Below are positions 27,643 through 35,969 of a stretch of 64,000 nucleotides of DNA, piece after piece. Below the pieces are notes generated by a model, which saw only the letters and a program-made list of their open reading frames with translations, was not told the DNA's origin and made no database searches. Made by a program: the position numbers and the translations under genes. Within the stretch, counting starts at the first letter, position 1, and each line of letters opens with the position of its first letter. Location: IMG/VR virus record IMGVR_UViG_3300001592_000008. One strand, written 5' to 3'. This DNA comes from an uncultured virus (IMG/VR IMGVR_UViG_3300001592_000008). Lineage: Duplodnaviria > Heunggongvirae > Uroviricota > Caudoviricetes.

Positions 27643-28938
27643 TTACTTTTTCTTGGTAGTTTTCTTAGCAGGTGCTGCAGCTTTCTTAGGTTTTGGAGCT
27701 TCTTCCTCTTCGTCATCTTCCTCCTCTTCCTCGTCATCTTCAACCTTAGCTACTTTCTTAGCAGGAGCTTTAGCTGTCTTTTTTGCCTTCGGTGCTTCTT
27801 CCTCCTCTTCGTCCTCATCTTCTTCGGCTTCAGGCTCTTCTACCTTAGCAGTAGCCTTTTTTGCTTTAGGAGACTTTTTGTCCAGGTTTTCTTCCATTTT
27901 TTTACGGTTGTCACCTAACTTTTTGTCAATCTTCTTAACGGTGGCAGTAATTTGCTCCATTAAGCCAGTGATGATTTCAACAGCTTCGTCAAGGGTAATT
28001 CCTTTAATAAGCGGAGCACCACTCCAGCATTTTTCGTAATCAATACCAGCTTCATCCAAAACTTCTGTTTGTTTTGTAAATGTAAGAAGATACAAATTAC
28101 ACTTGATAGAACCGTCAGCCTGTTTTGAACAGTTCTCAATAAGAACCATAGAACGCTGAGAATTTTTTCCCTTATGCTTAATGGTAACGCCAGCACTTGC
28201 CACCCAAGCGTAAACATATTCATCTTCTGGGAAGAGTTCTTTCAATGCATCGAAAACCTCACGGTCATCTTCATTGTTTTTAGGGTCAAGTTTAGCACCA
28301 CGTTTGCCGGCAGCTGGTTTTGCTTCTTTTTTATCAGCTTTCTTTTCTGTTTTAGCAGCAGGTTTCTTTTCTTCCTTCTTAGCTGCGGCAGGTTTTTCAG
28401 CTGATTTTGTAGATTTAGTTTTAGCAGGAGCAGGTTTTGTTTCCTCAACCTCAGCACGAATAGCTTCACGAATATCATCGTCAGACATTGATTTCTTAAC
28501 GGTGATTTCAAGTTCATTGTCCTTGATGTAGGCTTTCAAAGCAGTTCTGTCCATGTCGGCAAACTCATCGCCTTCATTTTCATCTTCTTCCTCTTCGTCC
28601 TCATCTTCTTCCTCTTCGTCATCTTCCTCAGGCTCTTCTACCTTTTTTGCAGGTTTCTTAGCAGATTTCTTTGGAGCTTCCTCCTCTTCTTCTACTTCCT
28701 GAGCAAGCTCGTCATTTTCATCTTCTTCAGATGCTTCGTTATCATCGTCTGATGAATCTTCATCTACAAACGATTCAGCAATGTCAAGAAGAGTATCAAG
28801 CTCTTCATCGTCCATTCCTTCAATTCCATTTTCGACCAAAATTTCAAGAAGTTTTTCACGCGCTTCTTCTTCGGTCTTAGCGTTAATGTTCAACGCTTTC
28901 ACTCTTTTTGCAGCATTTGCATTCAATTTTGTTGCCAT
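27643..28938 (-). CDS. Acidic/Lys-rich low-complexity protein with a small helical motif shared with the SSB
   Basis: 431 aa; alternating D/E and K/A/P tracts; motif DMDRTALKAYIKDNELEITVKKSMSDDDIREAIR; folded-looking central domain. Confidence 0.85.
   Translation of the reverse strand: MATKLNANAAKRVKALNINAKTEEEAREKLLEILVENGIEGMDDEELDTLLDIAESFVDEDSSDDDNEASEEDENDELAQEVEEEEEAPKKSAKKPAKKVEEPEEDDEEEEDEDEEEEDENEGDEFADMDRTALKAYIKDNELEITVKKSMSDDDIREAIRAEVEETKPAPAKTKSTKSAEKPAAAKKEEKKPAAKTEKKADKKEAKPAAGKRGAKLDPKNNEDDREVFDALKELFPEDEYVYAWVASAGVTIKHKGKNSQRSMVLIENCSKQADGSIKCNLYLLTFTKQTEVLDEAGIDYEKCWSGAPLIKGITLDEAVEIITGLMEQITATVKKIDKKLGDNRKKMEENLDKKSPKAKKATAKVEEPEAEEDEDEEEEEAPKAKKTAKAPAKKVAKVEDDEEEEEDDEEEEAPKPKKAAAPAKKTTKKK
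27781..27832. repeat. 52-bp exact dispersed repeat, copy 2
   Basis: Identical to 19899-19950. Confidence 0.9.
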
Positions 28939-28985
28939 TTTGTTTACGATTAAATTGTTAAAAACTATTTTATATTACTATTTTG

Positions 28986-29630
28986 TTATTCATCTTCTAA
29001 ACTGTAACTGGAAAATACCCTTCTTTGTTGCATCAGCTCATTACCGTATTTTTGGATGAGATAACTTTTTTGTAATTCTATTATATCTGCTACTCCAAAA
29101 GGCTCATCGCCAGTATTCAGTATTTCTTTTCTCGCTTTCTTTTCTTTGTCGTTGTTACAATAAACTTTGTTAAGAAAAGATTTATTGTAACCTCGCAAGA
29201 AAAGTGAAAAAATTATCTTTTCTTTGCCTGTTAATCCTTCTAATAAATCTACACCATTGACAATAAATTTATTATTTTCTGGTATTATCTTGGAATCATC
29301 TTCAATACCAAAATCGTAATTGATTTCATCGATACTCACTTTGTAGTTTTCTCTACTTATATATTTCATGAAATCACGCATCTTATTAGAACATGCGGCT
29401 TCCAAATAATACTTTATGGGCACTGGTTTGCTCGCTTCATTTCTACGATACTTTGCCCATCTTTTACCGTATGATTTTATAGAAGTCCAAATTTTCAATC
29501 TGAACTCTTGTACCAAATCTTCATATTCAAAAGATAGCTGCTCATATGAAAATATTTTGCTTGCGTATCTCTTTGCCAGATATTCGTATCTGTGGTACAG
29601 TTTTTCTGACATTTTCATATTTTGTCCCAT
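28986..29630 (-). CDS. RNA polymerase sigma-70-like factor
   Basis: LYHRYEYLAKRYA...EYEDLVQEFRLKIW...NKMRDF (region 2); LTGKEKIIFSLFLRGY (region 4-like). Confidence 0.72.
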   Translation of the reverse strand: MGQNMKMSEKLYHRYEYLAKRYASKIFSYEQLSFEYEDLVQEFRLKIWTSIKSYGKRWAKYRRNEASKPVPIKYYLEAACSNKMRDFMKYISRENYKVSIDEINYDFGIEDDSKIIPENNKFIVNGVDLLEGLTGKEKIIFSLFLRGYNKSFLNKVYCNNDKEKKARKEILNTGDEPFGVADIIELQKSYLIQKYGNELMQQRRVFSSYSLEDE

Positions 29631-29662
29631 TGTTATTTACGATTTCATTTACAATTCCGATA

Positions 29663-29693
29663 CGAAGGTAAGAACTATTTTTTAAACGGCAAA
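29663..29693 (-). promoter_or_regulatory. Bacteroidota sigma-A-type promoter upstream of the sigma gene
   Basis: Minus strand reads TTTG-ccgtttaaaaaatagttct(19 nt)-TACCTTCG. Confidence 0.7.
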
Positions 29694-29707
29694 ACTTTTT
29701 TGCTAAA

Positions 29708-29770
29708 AAAATTGGGTTTGCCCAAAGATTTAACTTTTGTTTAGAAAAATCCCCAGGCAAACCCAATTTT
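29708..29770. terminator. 15-bp perfect inverted repeat (terminator-like)
   Basis: AAAATTGGGTTTGCC (29708-29722) pairs with GGCAAACCCAATTTT (29756-29770). Confidence 0.55.
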
Positions 29771-29786
29771 ATTGGTAAAAGTGTAT

Positions 29787-30218
29787 TTACAAAATTCTGC
29801 ATACGTTCTCTTTTTTCGCATCTTCATATTGTTGTAACTTTGCGGAATAAAGAGTCAACGTTCCATCTTCTTTAATTTGGTCCAAAATCCAAATATCTCC
29901 TCTGAAAGAAAACTCATTTCCAGAGGCATAATAATTTTCAATATCGGTAGGAGACATTTCAAACTTAGGTTTACCAAGTTTATCAAACAATTCAGCTCTC
30001 ATCTCCTCCATTTTTTCAGAATTGTTAAAAATACTATCCAATCTGTTTCTTTTGGCAATATCGTTTATTTTATTTCTTTTGCCATCCATAACTCTTTGAT
30101 AGTATATTTTATCATTCTTGCTGAAATAAATCTTTTTTCTAAATTCAGCAATCAAATACTCTTTTTGAATAATCAAAAAGTATTCAGCAACTGAAAGGTT
30201 TCTGTTCTTCTTATCCAT
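29787..30218 (-). CDS. Hypothetical protein
   Basis: Co-oriented ORF after the primase gene. Confidence 0.75.
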   Translation of the reverse strand: MDKKNRNLSVAEYFLIIQKEYLIAEFRKKIYFSKNDKIYYQRVMDGKRNKINDIAKRNRLDSIFNNSEKMEEMRAELFDKLGKPKFEMSPTDIENYYASGNEFSFRGDIWILDQIKEDGTLTLYSAKLQQYEDAKKENVCRIL

Positions 30219-30223
30219 GATAA

Positions 30224-31195
30224 TTATTTTTTCAATTTACCAATTACGTCTTCATTAAACTCTCTCGGCTTTTGTAAATGAGTGAATACTTCTAATGCTT
30301 CATCTTTTGTACACTCGTCAATATCCTTTTTTGTTGTATAAGTTATACTTGTCACGAAGTTATTTTCAAGCTCTAAACCATACTTTTTGATATCTTTTAT
30401 AGCGTCAAAATCATATAACAATATGACATTTGTGACTCCCTTCAACATTAACTTTTTAGATTGCTCTGGACTTATTTTCTTTCCAAAAGTACAAACACAT
30501 TTTATTTCTTCGCTATCCCATAGATGAAGAACTTTATCAACGGCTATTTTGTCAAAAATTCCTTCTACTAATATAACGGTTGTAGTGTTTTCGGTTATTT
30601 CATCATATCCAAACAAAAGCTCGGAAAACTCCGTACCAACGCTGTTATTGTATCTTAATCGGTCTGAAGGTACTTTCTTTGCTCCATAACGTCCCAAGAA
30701 CCCTCTTATTTTCCCGCCATCGTAAATTGGTATCAATACATAATTTTGGTATTTTCTATAAAAATCAGTAGCTCCTATATTATAACGTTTACAATCAGCA
30801 GGAGTTATACCACGCTCCAATAGGTATTTCGTGCTTGCTAACGAAACTTTCCACCCCACGGGCATCTTTATAACAGGCAGTTCCTTTAACGTCACCTCAT
30901 CATCCTCTATGCTCTCAGCAACAATATTGCGAAGGCTCTGAATAGTTTCTCGAATTTCAACCGTAGCTCCTCCCAACAGATATGTTTTATCCAGTTGTTT
31001 AAGGAGTTTATAAATACTTCCATATTCACCGCACTTTTTACAATCCCAAAGTTGAGTTGTTTTAGATATGTAAAAATGCTCAGGTTTTCCGCAAAAAGGA
31101 CAGTCGCAAATGTACTGTCCTCTTCGATTCAATTTCGGATTGATTAACAAATCACGAAGGTCTGAATCATCAATTTTCCTTGTCGCTCGTTTCAT
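30224..31195 (-). CDS. DNA primase (Zn finger + TOPRIM)
   Basis: CPFC...CKKC; ILVEGIFD; YDFD. Confidence 0.9.
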   Translation of the reverse strand: MKRATRKIDDSDLRDLLINPKLNRRGQYICDCPFCGKPEHFYISKTTQLWDCKKCGEYGSIYKLLKQLDKTYLLGGATVEIRETIQSLRNIVAESIEDDEVTLKELPVIKMPVGWKVSLASTKYLLERGITPADCKRYNIGATDFYRKYQNYVLIPIYDGGKIRGFLGRYGAKKVPSDRLRYNNSVGTEFSELLFGYDEITENTTTVILVEGIFDKIAVDKVLHLWDSEEIKCVCTFGKKISPEQSKKLMLKGVTNVILLYDFDAIKDIKKYGLELENNFVTSITYTTKKDIDECTKDEALEVFTHLQKPREFNEDVIGKLKK

Positions 31196-32546
31196 ATTCG
31201 TCCCAATCAGTGTTCATTGTTCTCTTTCTATCATAAAACCTTGCGTATGCGAAATTGTTACATATATGTATAGGGTCACCATTTTTATAGTCTCTGAGCT
31301 TATCGGTATGAAGTCTCATTACCTCTTCTTTGGATTCATCTCTTGTTTGATTAATGGTTATGAAAATATCAAAAGGTCTGATTTTTCCTTTATCCTCAGA
31401 AAGTTGAGCACGTGTTATAACAAATTCAGGGTCATTCTTTTGTTCTTCTGGAATATTACTACTTTGAGTTGCAGTATGTACAACGGCATTGAATTCCATA
31501 GCTAACATCTTCATTCCTTTGGCAAGTTTAGCTTGTCTGAAACGCTCTTCGTGAGGAGTGTAATTGTGTCCATCGCCAACTTCTAACAACTCCAAATAGT
31601 CAATTATGATAACGTCAATTTTACCATATTTTTTCTCCATCTCTTTGACCTCTCTACGAATATCAGTCAAAGTTTTAGCGTTGAACGTTTCCTCAGAACT
31701 TACAATGATATCAGTCTTTCGGAGCTTCTTTATAATTCTTTTTGAAACTTCCATTTTCTTGGAAGTTATATTACCAAGTTTTACATCTTGATAAAGAGTT
31801 CCAGTCCAAGCTGCATCATAACGATTTAAACATTGTTCTTTAGTTCCTTCCAACTGAAAGTGAGCAACTCTAAATCCCTGTCTTGCAGCAGAAACTCCAA
31901 CATGAACCAAAACTTGAGATTTACCTGCTCCAGAATCACCCAACCAAAGAACGCACTCACCAGTCTCTGGGCCACCGTTTTCACCTCCTAAACGATAATC
32001 AATTTCATCAATAGTAGTAGGAACTTTAAAACGATATTTCCAATCATCGCTCTTCCTCTTCGCTTGTCGCTCAGCAAAATCTCCAAATACAGTTTCAAAT
32101 TTAGCATCCTGAATTGAGAACTTGGAAAAGTCTTCAGCGTATTTTACAAATAAATCCCAAGCATTGTCTTTTTCTCCTCTATTATATACATCGGCAATTT
32201 TATCATTTGCCTCAAGAAATTTCATTTTCTTGATGTATTTTTCAAAGGATTCAACAATTAACTCGTAACCTCCTTGTTCATCAATTTCGACATCTCCAAT
32301 TTCTTCTAATTTATCAAGTATTCCTTCATCATCAGAAAAATGTTGTTGTATCTGACCAATAGTTGGAACCTTACCAGTTTTATCATACCTATTTGTAACC
32401 CATTGCCATAACTTTTTTTCAGATTCAATCTGAAGATAGGAAAATTTAAGATACTGTCTTACTATATCAAAAACAGTTCTTTTTTCCAATGCTGCTGCAA
32501 ATAATTCAGCAACGAAATTACTTGTTAAAGTATCACTTTTCGCCAT
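31170..32546 (-). CDS. DnaB-like replicative helicase
   Basis: GDSGAGKS, FQLEG, IIIDYLEL, TATQ. Confidence 0.9.
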   Translation of the reverse strand: MAKSDTLTSNFVAELFAAALEKRTVFDIVRQYLKFSYLQIESEKKLWQWVTNRYDKTGKVPTIGQIQQHFSDDEGILDKLEEIGDVEIDEQGGYELIVESFEKYIKKMKFLEANDKIADVYNRGEKDNAWDLFVKYAEDFSKFSIQDAKFETVFGDFAERQAKRKSDDWKYRFKVPTTIDEIDYRLGGENGGPETGECVLWLGDSGAGKSQVLVHVGVSAARQGFRVAHFQLEGTKEQCLNRYDAAWTGTLYQDVKLGNITSKKMEVSKRIIKKLRKTDIIVSSEETFNAKTLTDIRREVKEMEKKYGKIDVIIIDYLELLEVGDGHNYTPHEERFRQAKLAKGMKMLAMEFNAVVHTATQSSNIPEEQKNDPEFVITRAQLSEDKGKIRPFDIFITINQTRDESKEEVMRLHTDKLRDYKNGDPIHICNNFAYARFYDRKRTMNTDWDEYETSDKEN

Positions 32547-33135
32547 ATCCTCTTTTTACATATATTTTTGGGAACTCTTGCTTTAAAAGCTCCTTACACT
32601 CATTTTTAAAATTACAAGTTGCACATTTTGGACTTTTATGAAAATATAAAGTTGTATTAGCAATACACCATAAAAATCCTCTTTTAGTATTATGATAATC
32701 AGCCTTGAATTGTTCTTCAGCTGGACGGATAGAAACTACTAACTTTGAAATTTCAGTTTTCTTTTGAATAAGATTTATTTTATGGTCTTTCTTCAAACCA
32801 ATCCTTGTTATGTAAACGTTTGTAGAAATATCATATTTTTTCCATCTTTCAATACCAGCTTTTCCAAAAATCCAATTAAAACGAATTTCACGTGAATAAT
32901 CTTTTTTAGCTCCTGAATTGAACCAAGATTGAATACCATACTCAACAAATTTTCTGACAAATTCCTCTCCAATACGGTCTGAGAATGTATCCATGAAATT
33001 ATTCCAACAAGCTGTGTCTGAATTATTACATTTGTAATTAACTCTTCTTTTTGTAACTTGTTCTAACAATTCCACGAAATTATCTACAGCATATCTGAAA
33101 AGTCTCTGTCTTTTACGATTATTTTTTACTTCCAT
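32533..33135 (-). CDS. Hypothetical replication-associated protein
   Basis: Immediately upstream of DnaB; C-terminal CATC..C. Start set at MEVKNN. Confidence 0.65.
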   Translation of the reverse strand: MEVKNNRKRQRLFRYAVDNFVELLEQVTKRRVNYKCNNSDTACWNNFMDTFSDRIGEEFVRKFVEYGIQSWFNSGAKKDYSREIRFNWIFGKAGIERWKKYDISTNVYITRIGLKKDHKINLIQKKTEISKLVVSIRPAEEQFKADYHNTKRGFLWCIANTTLYFHKSPKCATCNFKNECKELLKQEFPKIYVKRGYGEK

Positions 33136-33805
33136 GATTTTGTTTACATCCATACCTCCAACCTTCTGGTAATGATTCATCTTTCATTATGAGTTTATTT
33201 ACAATTTCATTTGTTATATATCTCTTACCATAATTTGGATTATTACTACCTTTATTTAACTTTGAAAGTAGTTTCTTAGTATCTTCAGTATGTCTATGTT
33301 TCTTCCTTATTTCCGACAATCTTTCACGTTGTTCTTTTGTCCATTTCTTTCCTTTAGAAGGACTTTCACGCATACGTCTCTTTTCTGACATTTTCTTTTT
33401 CGTTTCTTCAGATGCCTTTCTACCTATATGAAATTGTCTTATCTTTTCACAAGTTTCGATACTGGTGAAAGCTCTTGCTTTCTTTATCTTAGCACGAACT
33501 CTCGGAAGTTCTGAAGGACTTCCATAACCGAAGCCTGTCGCAGAACCTGGTAAGATGTTGTATCCAATCTTCGGGTCAGTAGCTCGGAGCTTCTTAATGA
33601 ATACAAGTTCCCAAGCATCTAATTGCCTTTGATTGGTTAAATTATCTTTTAAAACTTCTCTTGAAAAATTTTCACGTCCATATTTCTTTACAGCTCTTTT
33701 AATATAAGTTCCAGAACCTAAATAATTTGGATTACTGTATTTAGTCTGTCCGACATAAATCATGCCGTTTATTAAATTGGTAGTTTTATAAATCAATCCG
33801 TTCAT
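33119..33805 (-). mobile_element. Free-standing GIY-YIG homing endonuclease with NUMOD3 repeats
   Basis: GLIYKTTNLINGMIYVGQ...YLGSG...GYNI, followed by SEETKKKMSE and HTEDTKKLLS...NPNYGK repeats. Confidence 0.9.
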
Positions 33806-35292
33806 TGTTCTATCCTAAACCATTTTTTAATCCATCGTTCAAATGTTTCATCCCAATCTTCAATAGAAGTATCAAGAATACCAACTTTGTTTTCACCAAT
33901 AGAAGAAACGTAAGTATCAAGCCTTGCTTCTGAATGTTCAGAAAAATATGCATCGTATAAATCGAAAAAATCAATTATCAAACTCCTATCCTTTGTTGAA
34001 GTAGCTCCTAACACCCTACCTTTTTTTTGTATAGTGTTTGCATTTTCTAAACCTCCGTCAACATTAACTAACACTTGACACTGAGGTAACGTAACACCTT
34101 TTTTGAAAATTCCAGATGCTAACAAAAAACCACCTTCTCCTTCTAAAAATTTTTCTTTTGCTCGCTCACGTTCTTCGCTGTCATTAACTCCGCTGATAAA
34201 AGGTATTCCCGAAAGACTTTCAACCCTGCGTCCATGCTCTACGCTTTGGAATAACACAAGAGTTTTTAAGTTCAATTCTTGTAAAACATCTATTACTTTC
34301 AGAAGTATCTTATTTCTCAATTTGCTTTCAAAAATAAGCTCCTTTCTATAACCATTGTAATCTTCAACTTCAATATCGTATTCAATATCATTATGGTCAA
34401 GAAGTAACATGAAAACTCTATAATCAGACAATACCTTTCTTTCTCTCAATCTTTTCTCGGTTATCGTATAAACAACATCACCGCTCCATTCCTTGAGCTT
34501 CAAGTTCTGAACCAAGGCTCCTGAACGATAAGGAGTTGCTGAAAGACAAAGTTGATATTCTAATTGTTTTGCTTTCTTATAAGTTTTCAATTTAGCGTCA
34601 GAGCAATTATCATGTATCTCATCTACGCAAAGGAACTTCAATGTTTTGATGTATTTATCCAATTCCTTCTTTTTCTTTCGGTCTTTACAACGTGCTGAAA
34701 AAGTTGATTGAATTGTTTGAATCATTCCAACGGTAACTCTTTTTGATACATCAATCTGACCAGCTTTAATTTCTCCAACTTCTATACCTCCGTATGACTG
34801 AAAGTATTCTTTGATATCATTCACAGCTTGATTAAACAGAGTTGTATTATCAGTTAAGAATAGAAAATTGCCGTCATCTGTATCTAAGAATATACGCAAT
34901 ATTTCCGAAGCAATGAATGTCTTTCCTCCTCTGGTGGGTACGACTATGATTCCAAATCTCCTCCGATAAAAAGCCTCAACAGCCTTTTGCTGATGAATGT
35001 ATTTACCAGTCATTCTTTTATCTATCTCCACGCCTTCTGGAAAACTGAAATCATAGTCTGAAATCTGATACGAAAGGTTATGAACTCGTATATACTTTTC
35101 CAACGTAGGCAACATGCCTATTTTGAAAGTGAATTTCTTTTTATCAAATTTTTCTATCTTTGAAGAATAAGCAAAAGGGTCAGGATTGCGAAAAGTTAAT
35201 GCTTTGGCGACATGTCTTATGCCGTCTTTACTTGATAACTTGAATGAATATTCAAAATTATTAATTCGTGATATGTTTACATCTATTGCCAT
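33802..35292 (-). CDS. SF2 DNA helicase (UvsW-like)
   Basis: PTRGGKT, DEIH, LSATP, QKKGRVL. Start set at MAIDVN. Confidence 0.9.
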   Translation of the reverse strand: MAIDVNISRINNFEYSFKLSSKDGIRHVAKALTFRNPDPFAYSSKIEKFDKKKFTFKIGMLPTLEKYIRVHNLSYQISDYDFSFPEGVEIDKRMTGKYIHQQKAVEAFYRRRFGIIVVPTRGGKTFIASEILRIFLDTDDGNFLFLTDNTTLFNQAVNDIKEYFQSYGGIEVGEIKAGQIDVSKRVTVGMIQTIQSTFSARCKDRKKKKELDKYIKTLKFLCVDEIHDNCSDAKLKTYKKAKQLEYQLCLSATPYRSGALVQNLKLKEWSGDVVYTITEKRLRERKVLSDYRVFMLLLDHNDIEYDIEVEDYNGYRKELIFESKLRNKILLKVIDVLQELNLKTLVLFQSVEHGRRVESLSGIPFISGVNDSEERERAKEKFLEGEGGFLLASGIFKKGVTLPQCQVLVNVDGGLENANTIQKKGRVLGATSTKDRSLIIDFFDLYDAYFSEHSEARLDTYVSSIGENKVGILDTSIEDWDETFERWIKKWFRIEQ

Positions 35293-35611
35293 TATCGTAG
35301 TCTTTTCTAAGCTGACTGACAGTATAATCAGTAGCAAAGTGTTCTACTATTATATATCTGCCTAAGGTGTTTGTCTTTGCTAAATATCCAACCTTCTCAG
35401 ACATATTCCTTGCGGTATCAAGCGTTGCCGTTGAAAAATTAGCAACCGTTCCTAACTTGTAATCACGCTACTGTTTTTACCTATTTCAACTAAGTTCCTT
35501 TTTCAATCTGATTTGAGAATTTTCTTGTCTTGTTATTTTCCGCTCCAATAGGCTTGCTATTGACTTAAATCTCGGAATATACTCCTAAACTGTTTTTTGC
35601 TTTTGTTTCAT
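35261..35611 (-). pseudogene. Disrupted ORF (indels and stops) upstream of the helicase
   Basis: Protein-like segments in different frames: EYIPRFKSIASLLERKITRQENSQIRLKKEL and DYKLGTVANFSTATLDTARNMSEKVGYLAKTNTLGRYIIVEHF...HITN*. Confidence 0.4.
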
Positions 35612-35622
35612 TTGCTTTCACT

Positions 35623-35733
35623 ATTTACTTGGGGTGATTAGGATACAAAGAAGTTACCCCCTCTTACTCCCCCTATTGTTAAACATATAAATTTACTTGG
35701 GTATGATAGTCGGCAGTTGTCAGAAGTTACCCC
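35623..35733. repeat. Bipartite direct repeat in the gap between the structural and replication modules
   Basis: ATTTACTTGGG at 35623 and 35691; AGAAGTTACCCC at 35649 and 35722. Confidence 0.7.
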
Positions 35734-35903
35734 TCAGTTACATAGGACAGAGCTGCCTCATTGTATGCTACTGGTCAAAACGTTCACACTCGATTTATAA
35801 CTTTGACGCCTATTTTTATAGTTGAAACAGTTTACATGCCTGCTCGTGACTTAAAACCTTTCTGTGATACTCTCGGTTATATTTTTAATATTTCATTAAA
35901 TAC

Positions 35904-35940
35904 AAAAAAGAAAGGGAATAAACCCAATGGCTTATTCCCT
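35904..35940 (-). terminator. Intrinsic terminator at the end of the structural operon
   Basis: AGGGAATAA...TTATTCCCT followed by a T-run on the minus strand. Confidence 0.75.
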
Positions 35941-35969
35941 ACTTAAACTAATATAAAATTAATAACTAA

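Noticed and set aside
22681..35292. Inteins or introns in DnaE, DnaB or the helicase
   Set aside because: The proteins are of normal length with contiguous motifs, and no splice-junction or LAGLIDADG motifs were seen.
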